Assembly (NCBI GenBank): GCA_049903315.1
Contig: JBNGBT010000020.1
Location: 1 to 15,710, forward strand
Reading direction: 5' to 3'
Length of the DNA: 15,710 bases
Source of the DNA: Candidatus Cloacimonadota bacterium
GTDB lineage: Bacteria > Cloacimonadota > Cloacimonadia > JGIOTU-2
Positions 9,592-15,710 of this stretch are shown one piece after another. Position 1 is the stretch's first letter. Each line of letters begins with the position of its first letter. Both the position numbers and the translations under genes were made by a program. The notes below the pieces were generated by a model, which saw only the letters and a program-made list of their open reading frames with translations, was not told the origin of the DNA and did not search any database.

Positions 9592-10604
9592 GAGAAATTT
9601 TCCATATCCTTTCTAATAAAATCCAGTTTAAGTAAAAGCTTTTTTGTACTTTCTACATCAAGTCTTTCTGTATTATGTGATGTATAATCATTAACTTGGG
9701 TTATCTCTGATTCTCCATTTGTGAAATATAAATTGTAATTTAAATCTCTGGTATCTACCCGAATCCGGAAATACGCTCCCAAATCTTCCGCTTTAACCAT
9801 TTCTTCACGATTCACCAATGTCTCAAATAGTTTTTCTCCATGGCGAGTACCAATAATTTTAATTTTAGTATCTGTCTGATAAAGCTCTTTTAAAGCCAAT
9901 GCAAGTGTGTGAATTGTAGAAGCTGGAGATTTCTGCACAAATATATCACCTTGGTTTCCATGAGTAAAAGCGTATAGCACAAGATCTACTGCGTCATCTA
10001 AAGTCATCATAAAGCGTGTCATTTCAGGATCTGTAATAGTAACATCAGTTCCGCTTTTAATTTGATCAACAAACAAAGGAATAACCGAGCCACGTGATGC
10101 CATTACATTTCCATAACGAGTACCACTTAAAATAGTAACGTTATCAGAAATATTTCTAGATCGTGCAACCATTACTTTTTCCATCATGGCCTTTGACATG
10201 CCCATCGCATTAATTGGGTATACCGCTTTATCAGTACTTAGAATTATAACTCTCTTCACACCATTTAGTGTTGCTGCTTCAAGAACATTTTCCGCACCAA
10301 GAATATTGGTTTTAACAGCCTCTAATGGAAAAAACTCACAGGTAGGAACCTGTTTTAATGCTGCAGCATGAAAAACATAGTCTACTCCCTGCATAACTGA
10401 CAGAACTTTTCGATAATCTCTAACATCTCCAATATAAAATTTTACTTTGGAATTATTAATCTTTTTTCGTAGATCGTCTTGTTTTTTCTCATCTCTGCTT
10501 AGTATCCGAATCTCTCCAAATTCGTTACAAACAATTCTCTTTAAAACTGCCTTACCAAAAGATCCAGTGCCTCCAGTTATTAAGAGCGTTTTTCCTTTAA
10601 ACAT
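9588..10604 (-). CDS. fnlA: UDP-GlcNAc 4,6-dehydratase/5-epimerase (FnlA/WbjB/CapE)
   Basis: Probable ATG at 10604 (MFKGKTLLITGGTGSFG). Motifs SRDEKKQ, HAAALKQVP, STDKAVYPINAMG, RYGNVMASRGSV and GTRHGEKL. ATGA overlap with fnlB. Confidence 0.93.
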   Translation of the reverse strand: MFKGKTLLITGGTGSFGKAVLKRIVCNEFGEIRILSRDEKKQDDLRKKINNSKVKFYIGDVRDYRKVLSVMQGVDYVFHAAALKQVPTCEFFPLEAVKTNILGAENVLEAATLNGVKRVIILSTDKAVYPINAMGMSKAMMEKVMVARSRNISDNVTILSGTRYGNVMASRGSVIPLFVDQIKSGTDVTITDPEMTRFMMTLDDAVDLVLYAFTHGNQGDIFVQKSPASTIHTLALALKELYQTDTKIKIIGTRHGEKLFETLVNREEMVKAEDLGAYFRIRVDTRDLNYNLYFTNGESEITQVNDYTSHNTERLDVESTKKLLLKLDFIRKDMENFS

Positions 10605-10640
10605 TTTTATTCCCAAAATTCGCAATGAAATTGTTATAGA

Positions 10641-11156
10641 TCAAAATACACGTTTCCCTTTCTTATCTACTTTCCCAATAATCTTCCCTGGATTTCCAAC
10701 TACCAATGCATACGCAGGAACATCCTTTGTTACAACTGCCCCTGATCCAATCATTGCATATTCACCTATTGTCACTCCACAAACAATTGTGGCATTCGCG
10801 CCTATTGAGGCAGATTTCTTTACAAGTGTTTTAAGATAATACTCACTCCCACGCTGAGGGAACTCAGATCTAGGTAGTTTGATATTTGTAAACACCATCG
10901 AAGGTCCGCAAAAAACAAAATCCTCCAGCTCTACACCTTCATAGACAGAAACATTATTTTGTATTTTGCACCCATTACCAACGATAACATTATTGGCTAT
11001 ATTTACATTTTGACCAAGACTGCAGTTATTACCAATTTTTGCACCTGATTGTACATGCGAAAAGTGCCAAATCTTTGTTCCATCACCAATTTCTGTCCCT
11101 TCATCCACATAAGACGACTCATGTACAAAATAGTTTTTATTTTTAGTGTCTGACAT
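10641..11156 (-). CDS. wbpD: Hexapeptide-repeat N-acetyltransferase (WbpD/WlbB-like)
   Basis: [45 protein letters not shown] and VGNP. Start taken as ATG 11156 (TTG 11168 is an alternative). Confidence 0.88.
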   Translation of the reverse strand: MSDTKNKNYFVHESSYVDEGTEIGDGTKIWHFSHVQSGAKIGNNCSLGQNVNIANNVIVGNGCKIQNNVSVYEGVELEDFVFCGPSMVFTNIKLPRSEFPQRGSEYYLKTLVKKSASIGANATIVCGVTIGEYAMIGSGAVVTKDVPAYALVVGNPGKIIGKVDKKGKRVF

Positions 11157-11173
11157 AATGCTTACCAAATCAA

Positions 11174-12130
11174 TTAGCTAAACAAACTTTTTGTAGCTTC
11201 TTCCAGTACTCGAACGACATTATAACCATTCACGCCGTCCGATAAATCTGGACGCTCTTCAAGATGCTCTACAAAATATTGGTCTTCATTTGTCAAAGGC
11301 ATGGAGCGATCATAATGAATGATTTCAGTAGGTCCATCTTTCTTAACAGGTTTTCCGTCAATCCAATCAATAGTCTTTTCGTAAAATAGAATATCTTTTT
11401 CTTTTGATGAGTCTTCGAAAGAGAGCATACCTTCTGACCCGATCACAACCATCCTATGTTCCTTGAAAGGATGAAGCCAACTAACAAATATGTGTGCTTT
11501 TACATTTCCATCATACTTAAGTGTGGTTAGGGTTGTATCATGTATGTTGTCTTGGAGGAATGCTCCGCCTGCTGAGTGAATTTTCTTTGGAGTAGATCCT
11601 ATTAAATATTCAAAAATAGAAATATCATGGGGCGCAAATGACCAAAAAACATTTTCTTCAGTCCGTACTGTACCTAGGTTAAGCCGATTGGAATAAATAT
11701 ATTGTAGTTTCCCTATTTTCCCTTTGTCGATGAGGAGTTTCAATTTTTGAATTGCTGGATGAAATAGAAGAACATGTCCAACCATCAAACTAACGTCGTA
11801 TAATTTCGCCAAACGAACCAACTCATCTGCATTTCCAGAATTCAACGTCAGTGGCTTTTCAATTAGTACGTGCTGCTTATTCTCTATTAACAATTTCCCC
11901 TTTTCAAAATGTGTCTCAGCTGGGGTTGCCAGAATCCAACCATCGTATCCTTTTTTTAATGCCATCGGAATGTTTGGAAAAACTTCCACCTCCGGATATT
12001 GTTCTTTAAAATAAGCTCTTACCTTCGGATCGTTTTCAACAATTCCACCTAAAGATTTGATAGATGCCAAGGTTTTAATATGGTTTTTACCCCATTTCCC
12101 TGCACCCACAACACAAATAGACTTATTCAT
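11174..12130 (-). CDS. wbpB: Gfo/Idh/MocA oxidoreductase (WbpB/WlbA-like C3 dehydrogenase)
   Basis: [24 protein letters not shown] and APHD motifs. Sits between the aminotransferase and the acetyltransferase. Confidence 0.8.
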   Translation of the reverse strand: MNKSICVVGAGKWGKNHIKTLASIKSLGGIVENDPKVRAYFKEQYPEVEVFPNIPMALKKGYDGWILATPAETHFEKGKLLIENKQHVLIEKPLTLNSGNADELVRLAKLYDVSLMVGHVLLFHPAIQKLKLLIDKGKIGKLQYIYSNRLNLGTVRTEENVFWSFAPHDISIFEYLIGSTPKKIHSAGGAFLQDNIHDTTLTTLKYDGNVKAHIFVSWLHPFKEHRMVVIGSEGMLSFEDSSKEKDILFYEKTIDWIDGKPVKKDGPTEIIHYDRSMPLTNEDQYFVEHLEERPDLSDGVNGYNVVRVLEEATKSLFS

Positions 12131-12138
12131 ATAATCTC

Positions 12139-13257
12139 CTACTTCCGATTAAAAAAAGAACTAATTAAATTGATATCTTTGTCCTCTAGATATGGATGCA
12201 TTGGTAAACTGAATATCCTTTTTGACATCTCTTCTGATACCGGGAAGTCTCCAATACGGTAATCTAATGATTTAAATGCGGTCTGGAGATGTAATGGTTT
12301 AATATAATAGATTGCTGTTGGTATACCATTTTCTTTGAGCATAGCCTGAACCCTACTTCTTTTCTCATCATTCTCAGCTAAAACCGAATACTGAGCCCAG
12401 GCACTCCTGTAACCATTTGGTACCGTTGGTGTAACAACCTTTCCATCTAATTTATTGGAGTAGTTTTTGGCGACTTGATTTCTTTTTAGTATTTCATTTT
12501 CAAAAAATTCCATTTTTGCCAATAGGATTGCTGCCTGAATCGTATCCAAGCGTCCATTCAGGCCTATCCTGACATTATCATATTTATCCATTCCTTTGCC
12601 GTGTACTCTGATTGAGATTAATTTTGTAAACAGATCTTCATCATCCGTAAAAACTGCACCCCCATCTCCATAACAGCCTAGCGGTTTTGCAGGAAAAAAT
12701 GAAGTTGCAGTTGCGTCTCCAAAACTGCCTAAAAATTTTTCTCCAATCTTACCGCCAAATCCTTGAGCAGCGTCACCTAAAACCAGAAGTTTATAATTTT
12801 TAGCAATTTCACAAATCTTTGGTAGATTTGCAGGCAATCCGAAAAGATCTACAGGTATAACACATTTAGGATTTAGATCAGTTGTTGAAACAGTATTTTC
12901 AATTGCTTCCTCGAGTTTGTAAGGGCAAATATTATAGGTCTTAGGATCAATATCAACAAAAACGGGTGTTGCACCCAATAACTGAATTACTTCTGCTGTT
13001 GACACAAATGTAAATGGAGTAGTAAACACAGCATCACCAGGTCCAACATTCCATGCCATTAATGGCATTAACAAAGCATCTGTACCAGATGAACATGTTG
13101 CACAATACTTTGAACCGGTATATTCAGCAAGTTTCTGCTCCAAAACTTTTACTTCTGGTCCCATAATAAACTTGCCATGTTTAAGTACATTTTGAATGTT
13201 TTGATCAATTGTAGGCTTTAAAATCGAATATTGTTTTTTCAAATCTATAAACTGCAT
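12139..13257 (-). CDS. wbpE: DegT/DnrJ/EryC1/StrS aminotransferase (WbpE/WlbC-like)
   Basis: ATG 13257 (MQFIDL) preceded by AAGGA. Motifs SSGTDAL, DAAQ, SFFPAKPLGCYGDGG (PLP lysine), NGRLDTIQAA and SLPMHPY. Confidence 0.88.
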   Translation of the reverse strand: MQFIDLKKQYSILKPTIDQNIQNVLKHGKFIMGPEVKVLEQKLAEYTGSKYCATCSSGTDALLMPLMAWNVGPGDAVFTTPFTFVSTAEVIQLLGATPVFVDIDPKTYNICPYKLEEAIENTVSTTDLNPKCVIPVDLFGLPANLPKICEIAKNYKLLVLGDAAQGFGGKIGEKFLGSFGDATATSFFPAKPLGCYGDGGAVFTDDEDLFTKLISIRVHGKGMDKYDNVRIGLNGRLDTIQAAILLAKMEFFENEILKRNQVAKNYSNKLDGKVVTPTVPNGYRSAWAQYSVLAENDEKRSRVQAMLKENGIPTAIYYIKPLHLQTAFKSLDYRIGDFPVSEEMSKRIFSLPMHPYLEDKDINLISSFFNRK

Positions 13258-13270
13258 AAGCCGTCCTTTT

Positions 13271-14611
13271 TTAAATACTTTGATACTGCTGATACCACAA
13301 AAGAAACTGTTTGTATCCGTCACTGAATGTATTGTAATCAGCAGTATTAGTTTGTTTTTCTAATTTTCTGATATCAGATATTGTGCTATATACATCTCCG
13401 GATTGCATAGGCAAATACTTTTTCTTGGATTGTCTAGCTAAATTGTCTTCAATAACATTAATAAATTTAGTCAACGCAACCTTATTTCCACCGCCGATAT
13501 TATAAATTTCACTCACCGTATTCGCATGATCCTTTGGCTCAGTTTCTATTAATTCATTGATAGAAGTTACACCATCATCAATGAAGGTCATATCTCGAGA
13601 TAACTCACCATTATTGAAGACTTCAATTTCTTCACAATTTAGAATCTTTTCCGTAAACTTCCAATACGCCATATCCGGCCTTCCCCAAGGTCCATAAACC
13701 GTAAAAAACCTCAGACCAATTGTATTTATACCAAACAGATGAGAATAAGTATACGCCATTTCCTCATTGTTCTTCTTTGTAGCCGCATAGAGCGAAATTG
13801 GCTTGTCACAGCGGTCCTCTTCGGAAAATGGTAGTTTTGTATTGGCACCATAGACTGAGCTGGATGATGCATAATACAACCAGTTAATATCATTATGCCG
13901 ACAGCCCTCTAACACATTCAAAAAGCCTGTTACATTGCTTTCGATATAAGCGTGGGGATTTTCAAGACTGTAACGAACGCCTGCTTGGGCGGCAAGATGA
14001 ATGACGATGTCGAAGTGGTTATCCGAAAAGACTTGAGCCATGCCGTCTTTGTCGGCGAGGTCCATCTTTATAAAATTATAAGTGGGAAGTTCAAAGTTAA
14101 AGGTTAAAGGTGAAAGGTTGGGATCAGGATCTGAGCTTGCACTAGAACTTGAAGACTGGGCATCCGGTGTAAGGTTAAAAGTTAAAGGTGAAAGGTTGGA
14201 ATCAGTTTTATTTTCTTCTAAAGTATGAACATCTGCAGACCTGCTTTCAGCACTTTTAACTTTTCCTGGCTGCCCTCCCTGCTGGTCAGGGCCAGGCGGG
14301 AACTTTCCACTTTTAACTTTTTCCAAATCTTCGTTGAATGAATCAGTTCTAAGTTCTTCGGGTATTGTTTCAAGTGTATACTCACCGTTAAAGATAATGC
14401 TTGTAGTGTACTTACCGTATTCAATATCATCGCGCTGAATGCCGGTTTCTGCTAGACGGGCATACTTTAAGTTAACGTCGTAGTAGCCGTTGATGTTGTC
14501 CAGACCGACGACGTTGTAGCCTTCCATGAGCATACGACGAGCCAGGTGAAAGCCGATGAAGCCAGCAGTACCGGTAATCAGCACGGTTTTACGTTTGGGT
14601 GTATCAGTCAA
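13271..14611 (-). CDS. NAD-dependent epimerase (UDP-glucuronate 4-epimerase / CapI-like) with ~101-aa internal insertion
   Basis: TTG start. Motifs TGTAGFIGFH, DNINGYYDVNLK, HLAAQAGVRYS, ASSSSVYG, YAATK and LRFFTVYGPWGRPDMA. Residues ~75-175 are low-complexity and extra to the fold. Confidence 0.88.
   Translation of the reverse strand: MTDTPKRKTVLITGTAGFIGFHLARRMLMEGYNVVGLDNINGYYDVNLKYARLAETGIQRDDIEYGKYTTSIIFNGEYTLETIPEELRTDSFNEDLEKVKSGKFPPGPDQQGGQPGKVKSAESRSADVHTLEENKTDSNLSPLTFNLTPDAQSSSSSASSDPDPNLSPLTFNFELPTYNFIKMDLADKDGMAQVFSDNHFDIVIHLAAQAGVRYSLENPHAYIESNVTGFLNVLEGCRHNDINWLYYASSSSVYGANTKLPFSEEDRCDKPISLYAATKKNNEEMAYTYSHLFGINTIGLRFFTVYGPWGRPDMAYWKFTEKILNCEEIEVFNNGELSRDMTFIDDGVTSINELIETEPKDHANTVSEIYNIGGGNKVALTKFINVIEDNLARQSKKKYLPMQSGDVYSTISDIRKLEKQTNTADYNTFSDGYKQFLLWYQQYQSI
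14083..14195 (+). repeat. Two purine-rich heptamer arrays
   Basis: 14083-14117: tgggaag ttcaaag ttaaagg ttaaagg tgaaagg. 14168-14195: tgtaagg ttaaaag ttaaagg tgaaagg. Both are followed by TTGG[G/A]ATCAG and encode the repeated peptide NLSPLTFN. Confidence 0.9.
14253..14323 (-). repeat. Reverse-orientation heptamer array interrupted by a 36-bp insert
   Basis: cttttaa ctttt[14265-14300]aa ctttcca cttttaa ctttttc. Confidence 0.85.
14265..14300 (+). repeat. 36-bp GC-rich hairpin insert (CCTG...CAGGCGGG)
   Basis: CCTGGCTGCCCTCCCTGCTGGTCAGGGCCAGGCGGG, with CCTGGC/GCCAGG and CCCTG/CAGGG stems. Removal restores an unbroken 5-unit heptamer array. Confidence 0.8.
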
Positions 14612-14631
14612 AATAAAACTTCAAAGTATAG

Positions 14632-14673
14632 TTAAAAGTGAATAGTGAAAGGTGAAAATTTAAAGGTTAAAAG
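14632..14673 (+). repeat. Six-unit purine-rich heptamer array upstream of the four-helix-bundle gene
   Basis: ttaaaag tgaatag tgaaagg tgaaaat ttaaagg ttaaaag. Confidence 0.9.
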
Positions 14674-14688
14674 TTATTCAATTTTGAA

Positions 14689-14708
14689 ATCATTTTTATA
14701 AAAAGGAT
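14689..14708. promoter_or_regulatory. Operator-like palindrome in the divergent intergenic region
   Basis: ATCATTTTTATAAAAAGGAT matches its reverse complement at 18/20. A TATAAT lies at 14744-14749 with no clear -35. Confidence 0.3.
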
Positions 14709-14781
14709 GTGTCCGGAATGAGTGAGTAATTGCATAGTATATTTATAATGGTTAAAAAATAGTGAATGGATAATAGTCTAA

Positions 14782-15126
14782 GTGAAGATACAAAAGAGAA
14801 CTTACTGTTTTGCATTAGAACTACTGAAAATGGTGGATTTCCTTAAAGAGAATCGAGAGTTTGAAATTGCCAACCAATTATTGCGCTCTGGAACCAGCAT
14901 TGGGGCAAATGTACAGGAAGCTCAAGCTGCATCTTCAAGAAAGGATTTTGCACAAAAGATCAACATTGCCTTGAAAGAGAGTCGTGAAACTGTTTTCTGG
15001 TTAAATCTCTTGATTGATTCTGACAAATTGGAAAATTACCCAAATGCCAAAAGTCTTTTATCAGAATGCATATCTATTACAAATATTCTCGGTAAGATTC
15101 TTAAAACAACCAGAAGCAGAAACTAA
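14782..15126 (+). CDS. Four-helix-bundle protein (23S rRNA intervening-sequence protein / bAvd-like family)
   Basis: 114 aa, GTG start. Family signature QLLRSGTSIGANVQEAQ...SRKDF..K..IALKE.RET.FWL.LL. Confidence 0.92.
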   Translation: MKIQKRTYCFALELLKMVDFLKENREFEIANQLLRSGTSIGANVQEAQAASSRKDFAQKINIALKESRETVFWLNLLIDSDKLENYPNAKSLLSECISITNILGKILKTTRSRN

Positions 15127-15158
15127 TGCGACAGTAAATAATCAGCTTCCCTTCTCAA

Positions 15159-15186
15159 CCTTTCATCTTTAACTTTTAATTTTTAA
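15159..15186 (-). repeat. Reverse-orientation heptamer array after the four-helix-bundle gene
   Basis: cctttca tctttaa cttttaa tttttaa. Confidence 0.88.
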
Positions 15187-15193
15187 CCTGTTT

Positions 15194-15403
15194 GAGGCTC
15201 AAGCTGCATCATCAAGAAAGGATTTTGCGCAAAAGATCAACATTGCCTTGAAAGAGAGTCGTGAAACTGTTTTCTGGTTAAATCTCTTGATTGATTCTGA
15301 AAAACTAAAAAATTACCCAAAAGCAAAATGTCTTCTATCAGAATGCATCTCTGTTACAAATATTCTCGGTAAGATTCTTACAACAATCAGAAGTTCTATT
15401 TAA
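15194..15403 (+). pseudogene. 5'-truncated tandem copy of the four-helix-bundle gene (codons 46-114 plus stop)
   Basis: 15197-15393 vs 14920-15116: 14 mismatches in 197 nt, no indels, stop at the equivalent codon. No ATG/GTG/TTG between the upstream in-frame TAA (15170-15172) and the start of the homology. Confidence 0.9.
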
Positions 15404-15441
15404 ACATCTATTCATCAATGCGACTGTCTTCAAAACACTAA

Positions 15442-15462
15442 TCTTTAATTTTTCATCTTTAA
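15442..15462 (-). repeat. Reverse-orientation heptamer array after the truncated copy
   Basis: tctttaa tttttca tctttaa. Confidence 0.8.
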
Positions 15463-15494
15463 CTGAAACATAGTTTCCCCTTTGTCATCATCTT

Positions 15495-15710
15495 TTAGTC
15501 CTCGACAGAAACAAGGTCCTTGGCTGAAACAAGTTGAACTCCTTTATAAATTTCGGGCAGTTCTGGGATTCCATGTTTAGTCCAGAGAACAAGCTGCCGG
15601 TTTGTATTCGGGAATGGCAGTGATTCAGCCTTTTCCTGCAGTTTTTTAATCTCACGTTGAACATCAACTTGTTCTTCCCACTTCACCTCTCCAACCAGAA
15701 GTGAATTTCC
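15495..15710 (-). CDS. C-terminus of a probable ATPase with a DUF234-like PD-(D/E)xK domain (5' part outside window)
   Basis: The frame is open to the window edge: GNSLLVGEVKWEEQ...LQEKAESLPF...LVLW. The GExKW motif resembles DUF234-type C-termini. Confidence 0.55.
   Translation of the reverse strand, partial: GNSLLVGEVKWEEQVDVQREIKKLQEKAESLPFPNTNRQLVLWTKHGIPELPEIYKGVQLVSAKDLVSVED

Noticed and set aside
5370..12262. Plus-strand ORFs (5370-5777, 6532-6789, 7092-7298, 8126-8341, 10186-10371, 10447-10839, 12080-12262)
   Set aside because: Antisense shadows of well-supported minus-strand genes.
14087..14389. Intein or self-splicing intron in the epimerase
   Set aside because: No Cys/Ser...His-Asn intein termini, low complexity, and no recognisable group I or II intron structure.
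14218..14430. 70-aa alternate-frame ORF within the epimerase insert
   Set aside because: Its KLKV repeats are simply the heptamers read in another frame; there is no independent coding evidence.
14782..15126. Real 23S rRNA intervening sequence
   Set aside because: No rRNA sequence flanks the gene; only the protein family is shared.
14920..15393. DGR template/variable repeat pair next to an Avd-like gene
   Set aside because: Mismatches are not adenine-specific to one copy: A in copy 2 at 6 sites, A in copy 1 at 5 sites, neither at 3. No reverse transcriptase is in the window.
14083..15462. CRISPR array
   Set aside because: The repeats are degenerate tandem 7-mers in both orientations, with no regular unique spacers and no cas genes.

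Overview
Mostly a minus-strand bacterial surface-polysaccharide locus. In transcription order: NAD-dependent uronate 4-epimerase, wbpE/wbpB/wbpD-like genes (UDP-2,3-diacetamido-hexuronate route), fnlA/B/C (UDP-L-FucNAc), a sulfotransferase, wzx and a wzy/ligase-family gene. Three insertion sequences break it up: an intact IS5-family element, a decayed IS4-family element with a 9-bp target duplication, and the 3' end of an IS3-family element. The most unusual signals: (i) an antisense four-helix-bundle (23S rRNA IVS protein/bAvd-like) gene bracketed by inverted arrays of a 7-nt repeat (T[T/G]AAA[A/G]G) and followed by a start-less ~93% identical copy of its 3' part; (ii) the same inverted heptamer arrays forming a ~101-codon in-frame insertion in the epimerase; (iii) two 36-39 bp GC-rich hairpins with shared ends (CCTG...CAGGCGGG), each inserted in frame without target duplication, whose removal restores the target sequence. 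All calls come from manual reading and motif recognition; no searches were run.
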